Part shown: piece after piece, positions 17,799 to 27,214 of the stretch
Layout of the letters: the number at the start of each line of letters is the position of its first letter
How positions within the stretch are numbered: position 1 is the first letter of the stretch
Assembly: GCA_003144275.1 (NCBI GenBank)
Contig: NJBF01000034.1
Coordinates: 1 to 32,000, forward strand
Reading direction: 5' to 3'
DNA from: Candidatus Heimdallarchaeota archaeon B3_Heim
Lineage (GTDB): Archaea; Asgardarchaeota; Heimdallarchaeia; Hodarchaeales; Hodarchaeaceae
DNA: 32,000 bases
Translations under genes and position numbers: made by a program
The notes under the pieces: model-generated
The model's database searches: none
Told to the model about the DNA's origin: nothing
Seen by the model: only the letters and a program-made list of their open reading frames with translations

Positions 17799-19981
17799 TA
17801 TAATACCTCACTTAGTTTATTGACACCTTTAATATATGGGATTAACAAAGAGAAAAAGCGGCTTTGAATTGACAGACTATATCGGGGAATTAGGGTGAAT
17901 AGTTCAGATATAAATCTTGATATAATGATAATAACAACGAATGCTATCAACATTTCAGCAAAATTAAGCAATATATGATATTCAATGGTCGAATGACGGA
18001 TCATAGTATCAATATGTCTTAATGCAACAAACGACAAAAATAATTGCAGAAGAAGAAGTATCAGTCTATGTGCAGAAGCAGGGATTTGCATGCGAAAATT
18101 GAGGCCCAAAATCGCTTCATTCTTAATTTCAGTAATTGTTCGTTGGGGTAATATGCCAATCGTTCGAGCAATACGACGAGGCAATATTTCGTCAATAAAT
18201 AGTAACCGACGTTCACCTGTTGATTCACGTTCAACAATTATTAGGGATCTATAACGATTGATCAACTGACTTAATGAAAGGATGGTAATCGAAATAAGTG
18301 AAATAAAAACAAAGATAGGCTTTAGCTGTGGAATTAGGTTATTCTGTAAAAATATCATGAAAGTAATCGCTAGTAAGAAACCCACCAATATCGATTGTCG
18401 ATGATACGCCTTTGGCCCATATTTTCTCCAGGTTTCAACAATTTTTTCATCCCTATCAAGAAGATGGGTAAATTTTATTACATGACTCACATCTCGATGA
18501 GATTTATCAGACTCTGGGACAACTCGGCGACAGGCATTGAATAATCCCAGAATATTATCTTCATTGAGAATATTGGGAAATAATATCTCGTAGGGGACAA
18601 ATCCTCGTATAGATTTCTCTTCGATGCGATGAGAAAACCATGAAAGTATTGCAGGAAGGCGATAACCAAAAGTTAGATTGGTACCTGAACTAGCTAAAAA
18701 TGATATATTAGTGAAAGTACGGAAGAATGATAGAAAGAAAACAATAGCTAATGTGAAACTAATAAATAACCAACCAATATCATTACTCTCATAGGTGGAC
18801 AAGAGACCAAATAAGATAGTAGTTCCAATAAGAAGAGTTCCTGGAAGCGATATACCTGAAAAATTACTGATTGTAAAACCTTGTAAAAGTGATAGGGGTA
18901 ACTCAGAATAAGTGTAAACTCGCTTACCCCATAATCCAGAAACTAAATTGCGCTCTTGTTGAATTATTAATCGTAAATTAGTCACAGCAAAACGAACATA
19001 ACTTTTTGCAAATCGTATGGTATTTATAACTAGCAGAAACCCAAATATTCTAAGTAATCCAATAACGAGAGTTGTAAAAGAGAATGAATTTAGTATGAAT
19101 GTGAAATTCTCAAGAGAATTAAGAAAAAATAGTAATCCAATTATTCCTAAGAATTGTGTTTTCTTGTCGATAAACCCTACTTGAGTTCTATAAGTCACAG
19201 TTTCATTTTCTAAGAGAGGAAGATCCCATGACCAATCTATTTGGGAGCTTAAGATTCTATTTTTTCTGCTCACACTAGCTAGTAATGTGTGTAACTCCCG
19301 TGGATTACCTGCATTCAATCGAAATATTCTACCTCCAGTGGTTCGTATTTCTAATTCAGATCGGTGGGGAAAACCGAATAGAAAGATTAAACCCCCAATG
19401 ATTAGTAATGATAATCCCAAGTATGGTAAAAATTCAAGAATAGGATGGAGAAGATCGAAAAGGAATGAATTAAGAGGCGTACTAATATCCCCCACGAATA
19501 TTTCAAGCAAAAAGAGAATAATCTCGACTTCTATTGGCAAAGAAAGATTCTGTGATAAGCCAAATTCGAGAAACATTAAGGCTTGTTGAATAATAAAAAA
19601 CCCTGTAAGAATGATCCCTATTTTAATACGGGGCGTGATAGTTATCGTTTCAATATATTCTAAGTTAAAAGAATGAGTTTTAGAGAAGAATCCAATATTC
19701 CAAAAACGTTTCCTAGCAGAAAAACGTTTGTTGGATAATACAAGATCCCAAGGAGTAACAAGTATTGGAAAAAAGATTAAAATAGTTAATAATAAACAAA
19801 CAAGTGTTATTATACCTTCTATCGTACCAAATGCTAAGAAAGAGAGTATGGTTAAACAGAAAATGACTAAAATGACTCCGAAAATACGACCATATTGAAT
19901 TTCAAAAACTCGTCCCGAAAATAATTTTCGTTCATGATTAACAGGATACAACCAGGGACTTTTTAGGTCTGGAAATCGCAT
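17798..19981 (-). CDS. Multi-pass membrane protein with three repeated TM-hairpin + bPH-like modules (YdbT-like architecture)
   Basis: Three segments LVLSNKRF..., FAVTNLRLII... and LIIVE...RRLLFI, each between TM pairs. Start placed at MRFPD (19981) to avoid overlap with the divergent ABC gene; the track start is 20191. Confidence 0.68.
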   Translation of the reverse strand: MRFPDLKSPWLYPVNHERKLFSGRVFEIQYGRIFGVILVIFCLTILSFLAFGTIEGIITLVCLLLTILIFFPILVTPWDLVLSNKRFSARKRFWNIGFFSKTHSFNLEYIETITITPRIKIGIILTGFFIIQQALMFLEFGLSQNLSLPIEVEIILFLLEIFVGDISTPLNSFLFDLLHPILEFLPYLGLSLLIIGGLIFLFGFPHRSELEIRTTGGRIFRLNAGNPRELHTLLASVSRKNRILSSQIDWSWDLPLLENETVTYRTQVGFIDKKTQFLGIIGLLFFLNSLENFTFILNSFSFTTLVIGLLRIFGFLLVINTIRFAKSYVRFAVTNLRLIIQQERNLVSGLWGKRVYTYSELPLSLLQGFTISNFSGISLPGTLLIGTTILFGLLSTYESNDIGWLFISFTLAIVFFLSFFRTFTNISFLASSGTNLTFGYRLPAILSWFSHRIEEKSIRGFVPYEILFPNILNEDNILGLFNACRRVVPESDKSHRDVSHVIKFTHLLDRDEKIVETWRKYGPKAYHRQSILVGFLLAITFMIFLQNNLIPQLKPIFVFISLISITILSLSQLINRYRSLIIVERESTGERRLLFIDEILPRRIARTIGILPQRTITEIKNEAILGLNFRMQIPASAHRLILLLLQLFLSFVALRHIDTMIRHSTIEYHILLNFAEMLIAFVVIIIISRFISELFTLIPRYSLSIQSRFFSLLIPYIKGVNKLSEVL

Positions 19982-20146
19982 TACATTATCAACCGAAGGA
20001 GAATTAATAAATTCTTGCCCATTTTTTCCGAAAATAATTCGAAAATCAGAAGAAATCCACACCAACACATCTATCATACCAACAAAAATATAATAAGGAA
20101 TATAATTTCGTTTAGCCCCCCCAGTTCTTTTTTGAGGCATTACAAA

Positions 20147-21991
20147 TTGACATCCGACTCCGCTAGCCGTAACCAAAATTATCTTTCTCAACGCTGGTAC
20201 TCGCGCGGATACAAATGGTGGCTTTTAGGACACGTTCTTAAACATCGTTGGAAAATTCTAATTATAACAGTAACTACGATTATTGGTATCTTCCTTCAGA
20301 CCTTAATTCCATTCATCCTGGGGTACGTCTTTGAGACTATACCCTCTGGTGAACTCAGTCTCATTCTGAGTGCTGGTACACTTATAATCGCAATTGGATT
20401 AATGAAGCTGGTAACAAATTCCATCGCGGCAGCCTTGAATGAAATAATTGCCCAATATGTCGAGATGCAGATTAGAATTGAATTTTATCAAAATTTAGAG
20501 ACAAAATCAATGAGTTTTCACGATACAAGTCGAGCTGGGGATCTAATTCAAATGGCGACTGGAGATACACGCCAGATAAATGCCAGCATTTCACCTGGAG
20601 TACGAATAACGGTAACTACTGTTTCAACACTACTTTTTACTTGGATAGCAATGTTTATTGCGTCACCGACTCTCTCAATGGTGTTTTTACTTACACTACC
20701 CCTCTATATATTCTCCTTAAACCGATTTGGGAAGAAATTACATCCCCTTTCCAAGCAAAGACAAGCCTGTGTGGCAAGAATGAATGCAGAATTACAGGAA
20801 AATTTGACTGGAGTTCGAGTAGTTAGGACATTTTCTGTTCAAGAACAGGAAATTGAGAAGTTTTCAGCAACTCTTGAAAATTTGGAAGACATTCTGAAAG
20901 TACGAGGAGTTACTTCAGCTTTTTATGTACCTAGTTTAGTATTGGGAATAACTACTGCGTTCATATTTATTGCAGGCGTGTATCTAATGGATATCACATT
21001 GTTGGGAGTCGCAAATGTTAGTATTTTTGGTTATTCCGTTTACATACAATCTGTTGGAATGGGTGAAATAATAACATTCCTAGGCCTTACAAGTATACTT
21101 GCTATGCCAACAATGTTTCTGCGCTGGATCTTAGACATGACTCTTTTAGGCTTTGCTGGCGCAGCACGAATCTTTAATGTCGTAATTCATGATAATGTTA
21201 TAGAAACTGGAGATTACATCCCTGAAAAGGAACCTCAAGGCCAGATAAAATTTGAAAGCGTATATTTTTCGTACAAAGAAGATAGCCCATCAGTATTGAA
21301 TAATATAGCGTTAACAATTAAACCAGGAGAAACTGTAGCAATAATTGGTCCTACAGGTTGTGGAAAGACTACTTTGGGGAAAATGATATATCGGTTATAT
21401 GATGTAACAAAGGGATCTGTTCTGATAGACAATGTTAATGTGAAAGATTGGGATATCAAAACACTACGCTGTCTTGTTGGCGTTATAGAGCAAGATACTT
21501 TTCTCTTTTCAACTTCCATAAGAAATAATATCACATATGGAAAAGACAATGCTACTAACGAAGAAATTATGGCTGCAGCTATTGCTGCTCAAGCTCATGA
21601 CTTTATACAAGAATTTACTGAAGGATATGACACAATTGTGGGAGAAAGAGGGGTTACGTTAAGTGGGGGACAACGTCAGCGAATTGCAATGGCCCGTGGA
21701 TTTTTAGCTGACCCTAGAATATTAATTATGGATGATGCTACCTCAGCTGTTGATGCAGCGACAGAGGCACGTATCCAGAAAGCTATTCTGAACCTCCAAG
21801 AAGGACGAACAACAATAATCATCACACATAGGTTGGCGACACTAAAGACTGCAAATAAAATAATTTTTATGGAGAGGGGAAATATTGTACGTATTGGGAA
21901 CCATGCAGAATTAATTACAAGTTTTGCGCCATATAGACGAATTTTTAGACGCTATATGACACTACCTCCTTTAGTTATTGAAGGGAATTAA
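20147..21991 (+). CDS. ABC exporter, fused TMD-NBD, degenerate-site subunit (TM287/MdlA-like)
   Basis: GPTGCGKT, LSGGQRQR, Walker B ILIMDD (Asp replaces catalytic Glu), ITHR. TTG start at 20147 with GAGG RBS preferred over the track start 20015. Confidence 0.92.
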   Translation: MTSDSASRNQNYLSQRWYSRGYKWWLLGHVLKHRWKILIITVTTIIGIFLQTLIPFILGYVFETIPSGELSLILSAGTLIIAIGLMKLVTNSIAAALNEIIAQYVEMQIRIEFYQNLETKSMSFHDTSRAGDLIQMATGDTRQINASISPGVRITVTTVSTLLFTWIAMFIASPTLSMVFLLTLPLYIFSLNRFGKKLHPLSKQRQACVARMNAELQENLTGVRVVRTFSVQEQEIEKFSATLENLEDILKVRGVTSAFYVPSLVLGITTAFIFIAGVYLMDITLLGVANVSIFGYSVYIQSVGMGEIITFLGLTSILAMPTMFLRWILDMTLLGFAGAARIFNVVIHDNVIETGDYIPEKEPQGQIKFESVYFSYKEDSPSVLNNIALTIKPGETVAIIGPTGCGKTTLGKMIYRLYDVTKGSVLIDNVNVKDWDIKTLRCLVGVIEQDTFLFSTSIRNNITYGKDNATNEEIMAAAIAAQAHDFIQEFTEGYDTIVGERGVTLSGGQRQRIAMARGFLADPRILIMDDATSAVDAATEARIQKAILNLQEGRTTIIITHRLATLKTANKIIFMERGNIVRIGNHAELITSFAPYRRIFRRYMTLPPLVIEGN

Positions 21992-21992
21992 T

Positions 21993-23780
21993 ATGGCATT
22001 CAGTAGCGCGCAAAAAAGTGATTACGATCAAGAGTACTCTTTCAAAGAGATCCTTGTTCGTCTTTGGGCATTTGCGGTTACAGAAAAGAGGAGACTTCTT
22101 CTTATACTAGCATTGTTTATGATAAACACCGTAATAAGTATAATTGTTCCGTTATTTCTACGAGAAGCAATTAACGAGCTTAGTAAAACCGATCCGGATT
22201 TTAATTTTGTCCAATCTCTTGGATGGGGCAATTTAATAGGAACGGTGATGTTATGGATAGGCCTGTATTTAATCATTCGTTCAGAATGGTCAATAATAGC
22301 AAAAACTGTGACAACTTTACGTTTAAAGATGTTTATCCAGTTGCAAGTCCATGATCTTTCTTTTTATGACAAAAATAAAACTGGACGAATCATGAGTCGC
22401 GTTGTAAATGATGCATGGGAACTAGGTAACTTTATGCTGATTTTTGTGGAGCTTGCAGCAAATTTCATTACAATTGTTGGCATGATTGGAATCTTGTTCT
22501 ATATTCATTCTGTATTAACACTCATTCTATTTATGATTGCCCCGATAATCTTTGTATTTACACTTGGTCTTGGTTATTTGCTCATGCGATTCAATCGTCT
22601 TTGTAGGCGTACTGTAGGTGCTGTAAATGGGGCAACTCAAGAAAGTATTGCTGGAATCATGGTTACTAAGAGCTTTGCTCGGGAAGCTCAAAACATAGAA
22701 GAATTCGTTGAACTAAACAATGAAAATTTACGTGCTAATATTAACCGTTCTCTGGTATTTAGCACCATGTTTCCAATACTTGAGTTTGTGTCAACATTAA
22801 TATACTTCTTAATCGTAACCTCTGGGGGTGGTTTTGTAATTGATGGATCAATTACGATTGGTGATTTGTGGTTATTCTATATTTACTCTCTACTACTAAT
22901 TCAACCTCTGATTAGTTTTTCTCAACAAATTGCTCAATTCCAGATTGGCCGTGCTGCTGCAGAACGCATTTTTTCCCTTATTGAAATTCCTAGTGAAATG
23001 AAATGGGGTGATATTATTCCTGGAGCAGATGTGAGAGGACATATCGAATTTAAAGATGTTACATTTGGATATTCAAAAGATGATCCTCCTTTGTTTTCAC
23101 ATTTAAACGTTACAATCCCAGCAGGACAAAATATAGCATTAGTCGGTCATACAGGGTCAGGAAAAACATCTTTTATATCACTGCTAGCACGTTTCTATGA
23201 ATTTCAAGCTGGTGATATATATTTAGATGGCTATTCGATTAAAGCCTATGATATCGATGCTTATCGCAGTACATTGGGTATTGTATTGCAAGACCCTTTT
23301 TTATTTAGTGGTTCGATTGAAGAAAACATTAGATATGGTTCCCAGAAAGAGATTAGCGCTGAAACTCTTCAATCTGCGATTATGGCAACTCACGTTATTG
23401 ATTTTGTTGAATTTCTACCCGAAGGATTACAAACCGATGTAGGGGAAAGAGGAGCTAAAGTGTCATTAGGACAAAGACAGTTGGTTAGCTTCGCACGGGC
23501 TTTAGTCGCTAATCCTAAAATCCTCATTCTTGATGAGGCAACTGCTTCTGTTGATGCTTATACTGAAAGCTTAATACAAGATGGAATTGATAATTTGTTT
23601 GAAGGACGAACGAGTATAGTTGTTGCACATCGTTTATCGACAATAATTTCAGCAGATCGAATCCTCGTATTTAATCAGGGAGAGATTATCGGAGATGGAA
23701 CTCATGAGGAACTAATGGTAAACAATGAGGTATATCGTGACCTTTATCAAACATATTATGAGTTTCAGGGTAGAGTTTAA
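21993..23780 (+). CDS. ABC exporter, fused TMD-NBD, partner subunit (TM288/MdlB-like)
   Basis: GHTGSGKT, degenerate signature VSLGQ, ILILDEAT and VAHRL. Together with the upstream gene it gives one consensus and one degenerate ATP site. Confidence 0.93.
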   Translation: MAFSSAQKSDYDQEYSFKEILVRLWAFAVTEKRRLLLILALFMINTVISIIVPLFLREAINELSKTDPDFNFVQSLGWGNLIGTVMLWIGLYLIIRSEWSIIAKTVTTLRLKMFIQLQVHDLSFYDKNKTGRIMSRVVNDAWELGNFMLIFVELAANFITIVGMIGILFYIHSVLTLILFMIAPIIFVFTLGLGYLLMRFNRLCRRTVGAVNGATQESIAGIMVTKSFAREAQNIEEFVELNNENLRANINRSLVFSTMFPILEFVSTLIYFLIVTSGGGFVIDGSITIGDLWLFYIYSLLLIQPLISFSQQIAQFQIGRAAAERIFSLIEIPSEMKWGDIIPGADVRGHIEFKDVTFGYSKDDPPLFSHLNVTIPAGQNIALVGHTGSGKTSFISLLARFYEFQAGDIYLDGYSIKAYDIDAYRSTLGIVLQDPFLFSGSIEENIRYGSQKEISAETLQSAIMATHVIDFVEFLPEGLQTDVGERGAKVSLGQRQLVSFARALVANPKILILDEATASVDAYTESLIQDGIDNLFEGRTSIVVAHRLSTIISADRILVFNQGEIIGDGTHEELMVNNEVYRDLYQTYYEFQGRV

Positions 23781-23954
23781 GGTATTTAGAGAGGAGAGAA
23801 GTTTATCTGAAGGTAAAGCATGCAGCTTCGTACTTAGCTCTACTAGGAGCAGCGGTATTATAGGGAACAAAATATCCTTTCCTAAAGTGGGAGTTTTGCT
23901 AATCTGACAAATCTTTTTACTAGATTGCATGACAAATTCCTAGTCAAATGGAAG

Positions 23955-24020
23955 AAAAAATATATAACTACGAAAGACCGTTTGTAATGTCAGACATTAT
24001 TTGTTTTCGTCTGACATAAT
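23955..24020 (+). promoter_or_regulatory. Archaeal promoter (BRE/TATA AAAAAATATATAA) followed by a palindromic operator pair
   Basis: TAATGTCAGACATTA perfect palindrome at 23985-23999, about 20-25 nt after the TATA box, plus a second half-matching site GTCTGACATAAT at 24009-24020. Confidence 0.6.
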
Positions 24021-24025
24021 GAAAA

Positions 24026-24316
24026 ATGGTGATGATGATTCCACGAAAAAGCTTGTCCAAGGGTGAATCGCGCCGACTCTCTATTCGAATATCGAGTGAA
24101 GTTGAGCAAATCCTCTCTCTAGTTGATGAAAAAAGAAAATCTCCTTTTGTACGAGATGCTATTTTATATTACGCCAAATTTGGTAATAGTCCAGATCTGA
24201 GTCCTAGGACATACAGTGATCATTTTTCAGAAGATTATAAAGGTTCTAGTAAGGAATTCGATGAAACAGAGTCTACTCCAATCGTGGTTGTAAATAAACC
24301 CGCTTGGCAGAGATAA
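24026..24316 (+). CDS. Ribbon-helix-helix (CopG/Arc-like) DNA-binding protein with disordered acidic tail
   Basis: RRLSIRISSEVEQIL...KSPFVRDAILYY: alternating beta strand, helix, then the S-x-x-V-R-x-A-I helix. Confidence 0.7.
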   Translation: MVMMIPRKSLSKGESRRLSIRISSEVEQILSLVDEKRKSPFVRDAILYYAKFGNSPDLSPRTYSDHFSEDYKGSSKEFDETESTPIVVVNKPAWQR

Positions 24317-24342
24317 TGTCGAAATGAGGAACAAGGATACCC

Positions 24343-26319
24343 TCAGTAATCCCAATAATAGTTACGGTAGAATTCTTCAATTACCTTTGGTTCTGGAATT
24401 TCCATTTTATCCCAAACATAAATTACTTCCTCCAGTTCCCTTTCACAGGCTTGTCCCTTGAACAGTTTCTTCAAGAAATTACCTCGCTCTTTTATATCTC
24501 TTTTAACAAATGCTAGATATTCCTTTTCACTATAATAGCGAAGACGATTGAACATCCTTCCAAAACGTTTCATTTCCCATTTATTCTCAAGCTCATTTGG
24601 ATCAGGAAGAAGAATTCTTTCACCAAAAACCGGATGAGAAATCCATTGTTCAATTTTACGATGCTCTGCAAGATCTAATAATCGTTTAGAGTGGGGAACC
24701 CTCACTTTCTTTCCTTGTCCTTGATAAACAATTTCTCCCAGTTCATTTCTGAGAATTTTACCAGAATTTCTGTCAATCTTTGGTAAAAAATCACCATTTT
24801 CATCGGTTAATCGAATTTGATTGCCATTAATATCGTGTTCACCAATGGCTCCGGTATTAATCACAATGAAAGCTAGTTTACCATCTGGTCCAAGTCCCAT
24901 GTCTTTGTACATTTCCAACTTCAGTAGAGCTTGATGACAATGTTCACGGGCCATAAAATCTGTAGCTGCATAAGAGCGGACTCTCGTTCCAGGTTTTTTA
25001 GCTGCCACTGCAGAGGTAATTATTGACTCTATGCCGCTATCTAACGCAACAGCAATAATTGGATCGACTACTCGAAACATAGGATGCATATAATCGAACC
25101 GTTTCATAGAAAGGACGATAGTTTTAAGATAACGGGGTACTTCACAAGTCCCCCAATCAGGATTTAACTCAGAGAAAGAAAATATAAATCGACCATTTGT
25201 TGTACCCGAGCTATGATATTGTGTGCAGAGAAGAGATCCTACCTCTTTTCCTTCCTCTACCTCAGGGACTTTAACGTTGTAACCATTTATATTCTTAATT
25301 TGGTATTTAACGTTTTCACAGTCGATGTTCATGGCTAAAACAACAGGATGTTCCCCATTTTCGTCCACTTCTAAGGATTTCATAAGGCCTGGCCATTCAG
25401 GACATAATGGGCCTAAATTCTGAGATTTAGCAAACGAACCTGCCTCTAACCCAATTAATTGAACTTTTTCAATCTTATTTGTCTCTGAGTTTCGTATGAT
25501 TTTTCCAATACAGGCGTCATCTTGCTGTAGTTCAGGACCCACAGATAAAGTGGTTTTCCCTGTACCAGATAATCCCTTGAGGACTCTATCTGATGTCATT
25601 CCTGCATGATAAGAAATAAATCCATCTGATTCGGCTTTGTTCCAAACCATTGTAAGATTTGGTTTTTTATATGCTCCACCAAAATAGTCAACCCGTAAGC
25701 TCATCACACGGCGTTTATTCTGCTCCATTTCACTGAAATCGTATAATGTGATTGGCTCTTTCGGATCAAAGTTCGGCCAAAATTCCCGTATTTCATTTAT
25801 ATACCGTAAAGGTAATCGTTCCTGAACAATGAAGTTCCAGCAGTCAATTTGCTGGTTTTCCTTCGGTGGAAATACCATTAACTTACCGAACCAACCAATA
25901 TAGGTTGAATGAGGATTTTTTGCGCTAATTGTTACTCGAAGACCAACTTCATAACCGTGTTCCCCCTGAATTCCATCTTGCACAATAACGGGTACGTTTT
26001 CCTCTCTAAGATAACGGAGAACTACTTCATATAATTTCTTCCCTCTCTCACGATCAAAAGCCTTCTGTCCTTGTCCTAGACGATATCCCTCTGGTACCAT
26101 ATAGTACGCCCGATCGGGTCGTCGACCAGCTTGAGTGGATCCGAAAAGATACTGAAAATCTTTCGTATGAACATAATATCTTCGTAAAAATATCCTAAAC
26201 CAATCATGGTCGGGATTTTTAACAATTAAGCTATTTTTTGATACCTGGCAATCATAACCAATATCTATAATGGCTTCAGTCACATCTTCCATCTCTAATG
26301 GTTTATCGTTATTTTTCAA
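24343..26319 (-). CDS. pckA: Divergent ATP-dependent phosphoenolpyruvate carboxykinase
   Basis: YFGGAYKK (cf. YxGExKK), YHAG, kinase-1a GLSGTGKTTLS, QDD, EAGSFAK (cf. EGGCYAK), ENV and TNGR. Confidence 0.8.
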   Translation of the reverse strand: MKNNDKPLEMEDVTEAIIDIGYDCQVSKNSLIVKNPDHDWFRIFLRRYYVHTKDFQYLFGSTQAGRRPDRAYYMVPEGYRLGQGQKAFDRERGKKLYEVVLRYLREENVPVIVQDGIQGEHGYEVGLRVTISAKNPHSTYIGWFGKLMVFPPKENQQIDCWNFIVQERLPLRYINEIREFWPNFDPKEPITLYDFSEMEQNKRRVMSLRVDYFGGAYKKPNLTMVWNKAESDGFISYHAGMTSDRVLKGLSGTGKTTLSVGPELQQDDACIGKIIRNSETNKIEKVQLIGLEAGSFAKSQNLGPLCPEWPGLMKSLEVDENGEHPVVLAMNIDCENVKYQIKNINGYNVKVPEVEEGKEVGSLLCTQYHSSGTTNGRFIFSFSELNPDWGTCEVPRYLKTIVLSMKRFDYMHPMFRVVDPIIAVALDSGIESIITSAVAAKKPGTRVRSYAATDFMAREHCHQALLKLEMYKDMGLGPDGKLAFIVINTGAIGEHDINGNQIRLTDENGDFLPKIDRNSGKILRNELGEIVYQGQGKKVRVPHSKRLLDLAEHRKIEQWISHPVFGERILLPDPNELENKWEMKRFGRMFNRLRYYSEKEYLAFVKRDIKERGNFLKKLFKGQACERELEEVIYVWDKMEIPEPKVIEEFYRNYYWDY

Positions 26320-26569
26320 GTCAATCTATTTTGGAATTGACTGTAGCTAAGGCGAATTTCATGGGTTTTTTATCTTTATTGTAATAAATTACAGCCATTT
26401 CTTAGCTAAATTGGAAATATATAATAGAAGTGTTATCTTAGTGCTACAGAGAGGGAACCCCTCTGATAATCAACTATTCCGTTAAACTGTGAAGAATCTA
26501 AATATTTACCTCTAGAAAGTTGACCTAATTACCTGAAAAGGGAAAAACACACAATAGGAAGAGCAATTC

Positions 26570-27190
26570 ATGTCACGAGCAAAAATGGATTTCGCTGAGG
26601 GAATATTCCGCTCAAATTTCAAGGTGTGTGTGCTTGGTGATGGAGGGGTTGGTAAAACGGCAATTATTCAACATTTACTGGGTAGGGCGTTTACAACGAA
26701 TTATCTACTTACCATAGGAACAGATATTTCGACATTTCAGCTTCATCATAATGGCAAAAATCTTCGTCTGCAGCTTTGGGATCTGGCCGGCCAAACTCGA
26801 TTTGATGTTGTTAGGAACTTGTATTTTAGTGGTGCTCGTGCAGGTGTTCTTGTTTTTGACCTGACCCGTGAAACATCACTTCACTCCCTTGCTAAATGGA
26901 AAAAAGAAATCTTCAGCCATTCTCAACGAAAAGTTCCCCTACTTATACTTGGAAATAAGTCTGATTTGGATGGTTCTCATTTCTCCTATCTTGATCCTGT
27001 TGACAATTTCATCCAAGAGATTGAGAAAGAATACAATAATGAATATGAGAATAACGAATTACAGGTTCCTTTTCACACAACTTCTGCCAAAACAGGTAAT
27101 AATATCTTGAAAGCCTTTGATTCCCTTGGACAAATATTGTTGACCTATCAAAAACAGACTAGTGCTATTCCAAAAATTCCATTGGAATAA
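26570..27190 (+). CDS. Rab-like small GTPase
   Basis: GDGGVGKT, TIGTDI, RLQLWDLAGQ, YFSGA, LVFDLT, GNKSD and TSAK; no C-terminal Cys. Confidence 0.92.
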   Translation: MSRAKMDFAEGIFRSNFKVCVLGDGGVGKTAIIQHLLGRAFTTNYLLTIGTDISTFQLHHNGKNLRLQLWDLAGQTRFDVVRNLYFSGARAGVLVFDLTRETSLHSLAKWKKEIFSHSQRKVPLLILGNKSDLDGSHFSYLDPVDNFIQEIEKEYNNEYENNELQVPFHTTSAKTGNNILKAFDSLGQILLTYQKQTSAIPKIPLE

Positions 27191-27214
27191 AAACTACCGT
27201 TATTCTCTTAGTAC

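Noticed and set aside
20015-20191. Apparent 177-nt head-to-head overlap between the bPH membrane gene and the ABC gene
   Set aside because: An artefact of longest-ORF start choice; starts at 19981 (minus) and 20147 (plus, with RBS) leave a normal divergent intergenic gap.
26447-26465. GC-rich hairpin CAGAGAGGGAACCCCTCTG between pckA and the Rab-like gene
   Set aside because: Single short bulged stem between divergent genes with no U-tract; not enough evidence for a function.
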